Assembly: GCA_027001995.1 (NCBI GenBank)
Contig: JALTLO010000076.1
Coordinates: 22,534-61,770 of the forward strand
DNA length: 39,237 nt
From: Planctomycetota bacterium
Lineage (GTDB): Bacteria; Planctomycetota; GCA-002687715; DRQF01
Reading direction: 5' to 3'
In this document: positions 9,922 to 18,840 of the stretch, in pieces
Numbering within the stretch: position 1 is the first letter of the stretch
Layout of the letters: the number at the start of each line of letters is the position of its first letter
Position numbers and translations under genes: made by a program
Notes under the pieces: model-generated
The model's database searches: none
The model's input: the letters and a program-made list of their open reading frames with translations, nothing else
What the model was told of the DNA's origin: nothing

Positions 9922-11649
9922 TCAAGCGTCTTTGTTCTTAATCCTGTTTCTTGTGACAAAGGTCAGGGTCTCCATATTGCGAGTCTCTCCCCCAGTGAGG
10001 ATACTCACAACAAGACCTGACACCGTACACGAAGCGGTGCCCACAGCGGCGTACAGCAAGAAATTGACGTCTGTGTTGAAGGCAACGAAAACAGTTGTGG
10101 CAGTGCCAATGACAAGACCAGCGAAGGCACCTTGGGAGTTCGCCCGGGTCGAGAAGACTGCGAGAATAAAGACACCTGAAAGTCCACCCCCAACGAACCC
10201 CACCAACTTCTGAAAGAAATCAAACAAATACTTCACCTCAAAAGTCGCCAGAATCATAGCTCCCCCTGTGCCGATCACGCCCAGTAGTACTGTCAATTTT
10301 CTCGCCAAAGGAAGGCAGTCTCTGCCACCTCTCTTGTTGTCCCCACGAGCAACGAAATCATTGACGATCGCACTTGTCATGCTGTTCATGGAGCTGTCCA
10401 AAGAACTCATGGCAGCAGCAAATATCCCGGCGACAATAAGCCCAGCTATCCCCGATGGCAGTTGCGACACAACAAACCAAGGGACCAATTGGTCAGGTTG
10501 AGAAGGCAAAGTCACCATCTGATCTGGATGGCTTGAATAGTAGGCGTATAAGGCCGTGCCCAATCCATAGAACAAGATCCCCGACGGAATAATAATTCCC
10601 ACGTTCAGCCACATGCTTCGAGCTGCTTCTTTTTCATTGGAGGTAGTCAGGTAGCGCTGAACAATCGTTTGATCCGTGGCATAAGGGACCAAATTAGAAA
10701 AGAAGAATCCAACGATGACAACCCAGGCCACCATGTCGCTATAGCTCCAGCGCCAATCGAGCATGTGAAACTTATTGGCCTCATTGGCAACTTCCACCAC
10801 CGCCCCCAAGCCTCCGGCGTCGACAGTTGCCACCACAAAACAAATGATGGCCCCGCTCAACAGAACTACAACTTGAGCAACATCCGTCCAAATTACTGCA
10901 GAAATGCCACCGAGGGCCGTATAAGTAGTCGCCAAGAATCCCATGAGCGCAATGCAAAGATAAGTATCGATTCCGGTAACGGCAGAAAGTGCCAAGGCCG
11001 GCAACAACAAGACGATCCCCATGCGCCCAAGTTGAAAGAAGATAAACAACGCACTGGCGCACCAGCGAATCGTCAAAGAGAACCGTTTTTCAAGATACTC
11101 ATAAGCCGTCGTCAGAGACAATCGGCAAAACATGGGAAGGAAGAAATAGATGACCACCAGAAAGACAGGCACGAGCAACAAGTAGCCAACAAATTTGGTC
11201 CAGTCGGTGCCAAAGGCAATAGCTGGAACTGCCATGAAAGTAATCGCTGAAAGCTGAGTCGCGAAGATAGACAAGCCAGCCGCCCACCAGGGGATCTTCC
11301 GCCCTCCTAAGAAGAAATCGTCGGCGTCAGATTTCCTTCTGGCAAAGAAAAAGCCGATACCCACCATCATGGCGAGATAAGTCCCAAGAACGATGAAGTC
11401 AAGCAGCTTAAGACCTACGCGCGGCTGAAGCTTTGTCGCTTGGGATTCATCGTTGCTCGGCTGAGTAGATGCGGCAATGCATGATTGGGAAACGCCATAC
11501 CCACTCCACACCGCTGTCGTCGGTGTGCCTCGACCAAGAGAAGGATTCCCAATCGAAGAGGCAAGTAGTAGCACGACCATGAGGAGAGCGGTCTTGGGAG
11601 CACAAAATAGTCTCAATTCCAAGGTCCAACTTAAGGGACTCAAAATCAT
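9922..11649 (-). CDS. Sodium:solute symporter (SSS family), similar to SiaT-type sialic acid/sugar transporters
   Basis: DDFFLGGRKIPWWAAGLSIFATQLSAITF, TAYEYLEKRF, GGISAVIWTDVAQ, DQTIVQRYL, GIFAAAMSSLDS. About 13 TM helices and an ~80-aa N-terminal extension. The start is uncertain. Confidence 0.93.
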   Translation of the reverse strand: MILSPLSWTLELRLFCAPKTALLMVVLLLASSIGNPSLGRGTPTTAVWSGYGVSQSCIAASTQPSNDESQATKLQPRVGLKLLDFIVLGTYLAMMVGIGFFFARRKSDADDFFLGGRKIPWWAAGLSIFATQLSAITFMAVPAIAFGTDWTKFVGYLLLVPVFLVVIYFFLPMFCRLSLTTAYEYLEKRFSLTIRWCASALFIFFQLGRMGIVLLLPALALSAVTGIDTYLCIALMGFLATTYTALGGISAVIWTDVAQVVVLLSGAIICFVVATVDAGGLGAVVEVANEANKFHMLDWRWSYSDMVAWVVIVGFFFSNLVPYATDQTIVQRYLTTSNEKEAARSMWLNVGIIIPSGILFYGLGTALYAYYSSHPDQMVTLPSQPDQLVPWFVVSQLPSGIAGLIVAGIFAAAMSSLDSSMNSMTSAIVNDFVARGDNKRGGRDCLPLARKLTVLLGVIGTGGAMILATFEVKYLFDFFQKLVGFVGGGLSGVFILAVFSTRANSQGAFAGLVIGTATTVFVAFNTDVNFLLYAAVGTASCTVSGLVVSILTGGETRNMETLTFVTRNRIKNKDA

Positions 11650-11824
11650 GGATCTGCCATGGATTCGATAGCCGTCGATTCGAAAACTCCTGTGCTCACA
11701 GTCCGATCATTGCTTTCCCACGGGTTCAAATTCCCCAGGCAGCAAAATCCAAGGGCTATGACAAGATCATATCCACACAAACGAGTATCCGAAAGGCAAT
11801 GAAGAGTCTACTGCCCGGTGGGCT

Positions 11825-12124
11825 TCACCTTGCCCCTGACTTATCTGAGCAGGCTGACGCACCCCTAAAGTCCCCAGCCTTGAGCCGTCGGTGCATACGA
11901 CGAACAAAGAGAAATCCAGGAAAGACAAGGAGGAGAGCCGAGGGACCCAGCCAAATGTGCACAAGGAAATTGGGTTGGCCTCCTTTTCCGACAAACGAGA
12001 TCCCAATCAGAAACGCAGAAACCAATGCCCAATTCAAGTAGACAAAGAACATCGCTACTCTGTTCATCACGATTCTGCTTGGTGAACCCATGTTTTCTCT
12101 TCCGACCTCCGCAAGAACGCTCAT
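11825..12124 (-). CDS. Small hypothetical membrane protein with two TM helices
   Basis: Two hydrophobic segments followed by a basic RRMHRR stretch. It lies 41 nt downstream of the selenoprotein gene on the same strand. The start is uncertain. Confidence 0.45.
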   Translation of the reverse strand: MSVLAEVGRENMGSPSRIVMNRVAMFFVYLNWALVSAFLIGISFVGKGGQPNFLVHIWLGPSALLLVFPGFLFVRRMHRRLKAGDFRGASACSDKSGAR

Positions 12125-12165
12125 GATTCCAATTGTCGCCGCGCCATCTCACCAGCCAGCCTACA

Positions 12166-13239
12166 CTACTTCTTCTCGGCCAATTTCGCCTCCAATGTCT
12201 TGAGATCTGCGAGTCCGAGAAGACGTCCCTCTGGATCAATCAAGATCTGGGTAGGAAAGAATCCAATCTGCCAGTCGTCGAGTGTGGAGCCGCTTGCATC
12301 AAGAAGAACTGGAAAGGGCAAACCCTTGCCGCCCCAATATTTCTTTCTGATCTCGATCAATTTGGCATCCAGCTCCTTGAAGCTCTTCACGGAAGCATCA
12401 TGAAAGGCGATGAGTTCGAAGCGATCTCTTTTGTCTTTATGCTTCTCATAGAATGCGATCATTTCCGGCAAACTGCCGGCGTAACATGGGCCTCACCAAT
12501 AACCCCAGAATTCGACCAGAACCCACTTGCCCCGGAAGTCTGCGACCTTGGTTGCACTGAGATCCAATCCCCGGGATGCGGAAACAGTCCATTCTGGCAT
12601 TTTCTTCCCAGTCCGCTTGGAGATGACCGTCGGGTCGACATGGATCGTCCCGAGATCGACATCGTGGCGTCCAACAGCAAAACGCCCTCTCTTTCCCAAG
12701 AAAGACATCCCATAAAGTTTATACTTGTATTTCCCTTTGGGAAGCCGAATCGAGAATCGACCATTGTTGGCGACCGTCCCGTCCTTTCCTACTTGAGAAT
12801 AGTAGGATAGAAACGGCTCGTCCCCAGGTCCTGCCGACACTTGAAAACCAATCCACGGGACGCGGTCCAATGCTGGAAGATAGACACGGCCTGTGACTTC
12901 AACGGTTGGTCCAAGAACAATTTGGATGGACGAAACATCTGCTTCGGTTCCGAGGCGCTTCATGCCCATCTTTTGGCCATCTTTAGAAAACGCAAGCAGC
13001 GTCATGTGTTCGGACCAGACTTCCGCCTCAACGGCGAACGCTCCGGATTCGTCTGTCAAACAGGATGAACCAGAAAAAAACTGGCGTTTCCCATCACGCA
13101 CCGAACACCCCCACCCCACCTGAGCACCGACAACCGGGTTGCGCCCGCCATCGACCACCTTTCCTGACGCTTTCCAGGTTCTATCTTGCCCAAAACACGT
13201 GAGTGCCAGGAACGTCATCGCAACGATATAATAGCGCAT
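12166..13239 (-). CDS. Exported selenoprotein: signal peptide, carboxypeptidase-regulatory-like beta domains, then a TlpA/thioredoxin-like domain with a UxxC active site (Sec249)
   Basis: ORFs 12493..13281 and 12166..12471 are in the same frame and separated only by TGA (12495-12493). Read-through gives DFRGKWVLVEFWGYW-U-GPC...FPVLLD...FFPTQILIDPEG, a complete TlpA fold. SD GGGAGG precedes ATG 13239. Length is 357 aa. Confidence 0.92.
12465..12479 (-). promoter_or_regulatory. Bacterial SECIS-like hairpin
   Basis: Minus strand CCGGCA-GUU-UGCCGG is a perfect 6-bp stem beginning 13 nt after the UGA. The loop G falls at +20 and is followed by U, consistent with the bacterial SECIS consensus. Confidence 0.8.
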
Positions 13240-13284
13240 CAAATCCTCCCTAAATTCACACATCTCGACAGGGTGTGGCATACG

Positions 13285-13782
13285 TTAGAACCACATTCGT
13301 TCCAATCCACTGGCACGGCGAGCGTCTGCCAGTTGCCCTCGATGCATGAACCAATGATCCCCTACGAACTGAAAACAATGGCGGTAGGTGCCAAAGATCT
13401 TCTCTTGTCCCTCTGGTACCTTCGCGCCAACTTGATCAAGGTCCTCTTCTGACAACGTCCCAAGGAGAGTCAAAGTCGAAGCCCGCATCTGCCGGCACTT
13501 ATGGAGAACTTCGTCAAAAGAGGGATAAACGTTCTCGTCATGGGAAACAGAGTTGCCGTCAAAGATGTCTTGCCAACCAGCCAGAGGATTGGTCTCGCCC
13601 AGGGCAAAGGTACGAATCACCAAAGCTTCAATGAATGCCAAGTGTCCCAAAACCCAGAGAGTGTGGCCTCCTCCATTGGAAGTCGGAGGCACCATGGCAT
13701 GCTCACCCATCTCATCAACACGAGCGAGCACAATGTCGCGACTGTTCTTCAGGTTAGTGACAATGAGATCGATCGAATTCAT
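13285..13782 (-). CDS. DinB/YfiT-family protein (thiol S-transferase / metalloenzyme superfamily)
   Basis: WVLGHLAFIE and DHWFMHRGQL provide the His triad. The likely start is MNSIDL (13782) after AGGAAAGAA. Confidence 0.88.
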   Translation of the reverse strand: MNSIDLIVTNLKNSRDIVLARVDEMGEHAMVPPTSNGGGHTLWVLGHLAFIEALVIRTFALGETNPLAGWQDIFDGNSVSHDENVYPSFDEVLHKCRQMRASTLTLLGTLSEEDLDQVGAKVPEGQEKIFGTYRHCFQFVGDHWFMHRGQLADARRASGLERMWF

Positions 13783-14099
13783 TTCTTTCCTCAAGTTCTG
13801 GGATGAAGGGATAAGGATACCGTATTCTTGGGGCAAATGGCACTCCTTGATTCGCTCCAAGGGGAATTTCCACAGCCGGACCGCAAGTGTCCACCCGATC
13901 CCTGCGACATTTTGACTCGAAGAGAATTGGGGCAGGAATGCACTTAGGTTTCAGTGAGATGGAGACGATGGCAAACATGGAAGTCCATTCCATGTAGTGC
14001 AGAGTGAAAGTCAAGGAACGAGCAAACAACTTACCTTTCCGTCTAGGCCAGTTCGCCTCATAGATCGTTTTGCGAGTAGTTGGGTGCAGGAAGAATAAA

Positions 14100-15299
14100 A
14101 TGGCAAAGATCAAGATCGCGACCCAAGCTCAGATTATTGACGTGGCTGGACGCCAACGCATGCTCAATCAAAAGTTGAGCAAAGAGTTGCTGATGCACTG
14201 TCTCGGTTGGGATATCGATTTCGCCGGCACCATGCGCCTCTTGAAAGAGACGGCATCCGGGTTGGCATCTGGTGGTACGATCACGGCGGGTGATGGAACG
14301 CCCATGAGGGCACGAAAGCCCACGGTGCCAGCTATTGGCGAACTCTACAAAGGGCAGGTTGCTATGCTGGCAACGATGGAAAAAGACATAAAAGCCATCG
14401 TCGCTCTCGACGCAACAAGTGACTCTTTTCGTGACCACATGCTTGGCTTTTCTAAGAAAGTCTCAGAATTTCACATCATCGCCAATGATGCAGTTGGCCA
14501 ACTTGCACGTAAAGCGTCCGCTGACAACAAGATCGTCTTTGAGACAATGGGTGGGCGCACCTCGGTCTTAGAATCCTCTGGTGAGGAGATTGCCCTGAAA
14601 ACCGAATCCCTCTCCACCGGGAGTGCTGAGCAAGCCGCGGCCATTGAGGAGATTGCCGCATCCATCTGTGAAGTGTCTGATCAAACGAGCAGCAACGCAG
14701 AGAATGCCGCCAAGGCGAGCGAGATATTGGAGAGTACAGAAGAGAGCGCCAAAGACGGCCAAAACAAAGTCGATGGCATGGCTTCTTCGATGCAAGAAAT
14801 TAGCGAGGCCGCCGAAGAGATATCTTCCATTATCAAGGTCATCGACGACATTGCATTTCAAACCAACCTGTTGGCCCTCAATGCCGCCGTGGAAGCTGCA
14901 AGAGCCGGAGACCATGGCAAAGGATTCGCCGTTGTTGCGGAGGAAGTCAGAAGTCTTGCCAATCGAAGCGCCGATGCAGCCAAAGAAACAGCGGGCATCA
15001 TAGACTTGACCATGAAGAAGGTCCAACATGGCAATCATGTGGCCCAAGAAGCCATGGAAGCTTTCCACCAAATCGTTACTCAAGTTTCGAATAGCTCATC
15101 CCTGGTAACAGGAATTGCGGAATCAAGTCAACGACAATCACGCAACATCAACGCAGTCAGTCAGGGTATGACTAAGATCAATACTGTTGTGATTGACAAT
15201 GCCCAAGCCGCGGAAACCCTCTCATCGGTGGTCAACGAACTCCTAGAACAAAGCCACGAACTGACCCAAGAGATCATCACATTGGAGCGCCGAGGATAG
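14100..15299 (+). CDS. Soluble methyl-accepting chemotaxis protein with an N-terminal PilJ/NarX-like sensor domain
   Basis: [13 protein letters not shown] sensor motif. Signalling hairpin [37 protein letters not shown]. No hydrophobic TM segment. Confidence 0.92.
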   Translation: MAKIKIATQAQIIDVAGRQRMLNQKLSKELLMHCLGWDIDFAGTMRLLKETASGLASGGTITAGDGTPMRARKPTVPAIGELYKGQVAMLATMEKDIKAIVALDATSDSFRDHMLGFSKKVSEFHIIANDAVGQLARKASADNKIVFETMGGRTSVLESSGEEIALKTESLSTGSAEQAAAIEEIAASICEVSDQTSSNAENAAKASEILESTEESAKDGQNKVDGMASSMQEISEAAEEISSIIKVIDDIAFQTNLLALNAAVEAARAGDHGKGFAVVAEEVRSLANRSADAAKETAGIIDLTMKKVQHGNHVAQEAMEAFHQIVTQVSNSSSLVTGIAESSQRQSRNINAVSQGMTKINTVVIDNAQAAETLSSVVNELLEQSHELTQEIITLERRG

Positions 15300-15444
15300 G
15301 CCCAAAGGCGAAGGGCAAGAACGGCATCAACGCCACGGTGTGACAATCTGTCAATCCTCAAAAGGAAAACTTTGGCACAATAGCGCAACTCAAACGAACT
15401 TGAGGGTTTCCAATGACGAAGCCAACCGTTTCTTGGAGAGTGCT

Positions 15445-17031
15445 ATGTCCTCAATGCGAATCATCGGCCTTCTGCTTATTGCCAGCACCATGGCATTTGG
15501 ACAGAAACAACTACCGGAAGACAGCTTCGGCGAACCTGAGGCCCGTCATCTTTTGAATCGAGCGGGTTTCGGCGGAACACCAGACGAAATCAAGTCCCTT
15601 TCGGACATGGGGCTGAAGAAAGCCGTCCAGTTGATACTGCATGGACTTTCCACATCGGAATCTTCCCCAACCGCTTTTGACATCGCCATGGTCGATCGAT
15701 CTGAGCGCCGCAGGATGAGATCTCTCCCTCAGAAGGAGAGACAGAAGATTCGCCAACAAATGCGGCAAGTAGACCGCAGGCAGATGGCACGCTATCGAAC
15801 CTGGTGGGTGGAACAGATGCTCGCCTCCCCCAACCCCTTCCAAGAGAAGTTAACACTCTTCTGGCATGGCTACTTCACGAGTTCCTTTCGAGCCGTTCGA
15901 AACTCCGAACACATCATCAATCAGAACAAACTCTTCCGCGAAGAAGGTCTTGGCAATTTTCGTACTTTGCTACGCCACATTGCCCGTGATCCCGCCATGC
16001 TCCGCTATCTCGACAACGACAAAAATCACAAAGGCGCTCCCAATGAGAATTTTGCCCGAGAAGTAATGGAGTTGTTTACTTTGGGCGAAGGCAATTACAC
16101 AGAGGAAGACATCAAGGAAACGGCACGAGCATTCACCGGGTGGATTAACCGACCAGGTGGTGCCCGATTCATGCTCCGACGCCACGACCGAGGCGAAAAA
16201 AGAATCTTGGGCCGCAAAGGCCGCTATGGGGTTGACGATGCTTTGGATGTCATCCTTGAGCGCTCGGCAGCCCCACTGTGGGTATCGAAACGCATTCTTC
16301 GCTATTTCGTCGGCTCGGAGATCCCCGATGGCATGGTGAAACGCTATGCACGCTTACTCAGGAAGAACGACTGGGATCTCTTGCCATTCTTCGAAACACT
16401 GTTCAGCGATGCCCAATTTTACAGCCCTCTTGTTGTTGGAAACCGCATCTCAAGCCCTATTGAATTCCTCGTCGGAATCGGTCGACGGCTTGGGGAAAGC
16501 CCTCCAGGCTGGCTCATCGTCACCTTCTCGGATCAACTTGGGCAGAGCCTCATGGATCCACCCAATGTCAAAGGCTGGGAAGGCGGCGACGCTTGGATTA
16601 CCACATCATCGTTCATGCAGAGAGGTAACTTCGCTCGCTATCTCATCGAAGGATTCGACCGCAGATCTGTCGTCGCCGACTTCGCCTCCGACGAAACTGG
16701 CAAGATGGACATGAAACAAGTGCGAAGCGGATTAGGCCCCATGATGAGGGCAATGAGACAGCGGCGATGGCATCCTGAGGTGAGGATGCGCGAGCTGCTT
16801 CTTGAGGCAAAAGTCACAAGCTCAGCTGGCATTGTCAACGTACTTTGCCAACGATTTCTTGGTGTGCCTGTGACTGAAGATGCCCGAAGATCCTTGATCG
16901 CATTCTTGGAGAACGAAAAGAAATCGGGGAAAAGCCGATTCCGAAAGGCGCGCGCTCTTGAAGTGCCCGAAGATCTACTGCGCCGCCTTGTTCACCTCAT
17001 CCTCAGTCTCCCTGAAGCCCAACTTGTTTGA
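15445..17031 (+). CDS. DUF1800 family protein, exported
   Basis: ARHLLNRAGFG, EKLTLFWHGYF, PAMLRYLDN, PNENFAREVMELFTLG, PPNVKGW. Signal peptide present. GGAG lies before ATG 15445. Confidence 0.93.
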   Translation: MSSMRIIGLLLIASTMAFGQKQLPEDSFGEPEARHLLNRAGFGGTPDEIKSLSDMGLKKAVQLILHGLSTSESSPTAFDIAMVDRSERRRMRSLPQKERQKIRQQMRQVDRRQMARYRTWWVEQMLASPNPFQEKLTLFWHGYFTSSFRAVRNSEHIINQNKLFREEGLGNFRTLLRHIARDPAMLRYLDNDKNHKGAPNENFAREVMELFTLGEGNYTEEDIKETARAFTGWINRPGGARFMLRRHDRGEKRILGRKGRYGVDDALDVILERSAAPLWVSKRILRYFVGSEIPDGMVKRYARLLRKNDWDLLPFFETLFSDAQFYSPLVVGNRISSPIEFLVGIGRRLGESPPGWLIVTFSDQLGQSLMDPPNVKGWEGGDAWITTSSFMQRGNFARYLIEGFDRRSVVADFASDETGKMDMKQVRSGLGPMMRAMRQRRWHPEVRMRELLLEAKVTSSAGIVNVLCQRFLGVPVTEDARRSLIAFLENEKKSGKSRFRKARALEVPEDLLRRLVHLILSLPEAQLV

Positions 17032-17053
17032 CCACGGATCAAAAGGAACCATC

Positions 17054-18307
17054 ATGACGATCAACCGACGCAAATTCATGACTTACAGCGCTGGAACCTT
17101 GGGAGCTCTGGCCTTGAGCAACAACATCCTGTCCGCGGCAGAACTCAACAAACTCCAAGAAGAAACAGACACACCCCAGAACATTTTGGTCATTCTTCAG
17201 TTGTCAGGCGGCAACGATGGATTGAGTACTGTCGTACCCTATGCCGACGATGCTTATGGACGAGCCCGAAGTTCAACACGAATCGCCCCATCTCAAGTCC
17301 TCAAGATCGATAACTACCGAGGTCTCCATCCCAACCTGAAAGGACTTCATGACCTTTACGGATCAGGAAAATTGGCGATCATCGAGGGCACTGGCTATCC
17401 GGATCCCGTTCGTTCCCACTTCAAGTCTCTCGACATCTGGCACGCAGGAAATAGTCGAGGTCGAAACGCAGGTTATGGTTGGGTTGGACAAACAATAGAT
17501 AAGTCCTATCCGGATATCCGCGATCCGAATGTCGTGGTCCACATTGGCAACAAAACTCCCTTTTCGTTGAATGCTGCGATTCATAAACCCGTGGCATTCA
17601 CAACCCCAGCAGCTTACCGATGGATCGGGGCAGAAAAGGATGCAGCGACGTTGCAGAAATCAGCCCCGCTGTGCGAGCACGAAAAACAAAGTGGCACGCC
17701 TAAGAGTGCTTCCGGCCGCGACCGCGCCCTCGCCCGTCTTCGGCGCATCCTCCATGAAGCGCAAGCGTCCTCCTCTCAGATCCGACAAGTTGCTAAGAAT
17801 TATTCGCCAAAGGCCAAGTACCCTCGTTCTGGACTGTCAGCGTCTTTAGCCACTGTAGCTGCCCTCATTACTGGTGGCATGAGCACCCGCATCTATTCCC
17901 TCGAGATGACCGGCTTCGACACCCACACGAATCACCGCAACAAGCATGACCGATTGATGACTCAATTGGACGGCGCGCTGAGCGCTTTCCAAAAAGACTT
18001 GCAAGCTCATGGCAAGAGTGGTTCAGTCACCACCATGCTCTTCTCTGAGTTCGGCCGACGGGTTCAGGAAAACGGCTCTCAAGGTTTGGATCATGGGGTC
18101 GCCGGGCCCATGTTTCTCTTAGGTGACAAAGTAAAAGGCGGACTTCATGGAAAACATCCAAGTTTAACGAAGTTAGACAAAGGAGACTTGATTCATACGA
18201 CTGATTTCCGCCAAGTCTACGCTTCCCTCATTGACAATTGGATTGGCGGCAACCATGCTCAAGTCTTGGGAAAGAATTACAAGAGCCTCCCCCTCTTCCA
18301 ATCATAA
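17054..18307 (+). CDS. DUF1501 family protein with a Tat signal
   Basis: NRRKFM, LVILQLSGGNDGL, RSHF, GFDTH, FSEFGRRV.ENGSQGLDHG, TTDFRQVY. It is the usual partner of DUF1800. Confidence 0.93.
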   Translation: MTINRRKFMTYSAGTLGALALSNNILSAAELNKLQEETDTPQNILVILQLSGGNDGLSTVVPYADDAYGRARSSTRIAPSQVLKIDNYRGLHPNLKGLHDLYGSGKLAIIEGTGYPDPVRSHFKSLDIWHAGNSRGRNAGYGWVGQTIDKSYPDIRDPNVVVHIGNKTPFSLNAAIHKPVAFTTPAAYRWIGAEKDAATLQKSAPLCEHEKQSGTPKSASGRDRALARLRRILHEAQASSSQIRQVAKNYSPKAKYPRSGLSASLATVAALITGGMSTRIYSLEMTGFDTHTNHRNKHDRLMTQLDGALSAFQKDLQAHGKSGSVTTMLFSEFGRRVQENGSQGLDHGVAGPMFLLGDKVKGGLHGKHPSLTKLDKGDLIHTTDFRQVYASLIDNWIGGNHAQVLGKNYKSLPLFQS

Positions 18308-18840
18308 GCCCACAGCGACTCAGCCACCGACGTGGCTTATTGAAGCGTAAGAGGAGACTAAGGCTCTGAAGCAGACGCCTTCTGCATTTAGACTGTCCCA
18401 TTCCACTGAGGACTTCTGCACCCTGGCGGGTGAAGCTCAAGGCGTATTCGTCTGCACTTTCTTTCACATCGAATGATAGTACCACTCTTCGATCAGTCAT
18501 CTACTTCTTTGCCAATCAGATTCATGTCGCAGAATCTTGCCGTCGAGTCGCCGGACTTTGTGACGGTGATGGTGTCAACGACTCTTGTATAATAAAAGCG
18601 AGGCTCAGTATCATTGGAGTTTCGCGGTCGCTGAGGTTTCTTGCCCAAAATCCGATCATCGCTGCTACCCAATTAAACGTCCAATTCATCGAGATTGCAC
18701 CAACGGTTCAGGCGTCCAATGGATTGCAGATTGTCGCGACTCCTTAGCACGCACGAGCAAACGCCATTTCAGGAGCAACCTTCACCTTCGAAGGTTGCCT
18801 CTTCGTAACTACATGGCACGCTCATTATCAAAACACTCCG

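Noticed and set aside
11715..11740. T-arm-like GGGTTCAAATTCCC
   Set aside because: No cloverleaf context; probably chance.
12493..12495. Nonsense mutation or pseudogene reading of the split TlpA gene
   Set aside because: The stop is TGA, sits exactly at the catalytic Cys position, and is followed by a SECIS-like hairpin and an intact downstream domain. Sec recoding explains it better.
12133..12810. Long antisense or alternate-frame ORFs (for example 12133..12810 +, 10669..11250 +, 14568..15083 -)
   Set aside because: They are shadows of well-supported genes on the opposite strand and show no protein-family features.
18310..18840. Short ORFs between the DUF1501 gene and the lipoprotein gene
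   Set aside because: No recognisable motifs or good starts on either strand; a decayed gene cannot be excluded.
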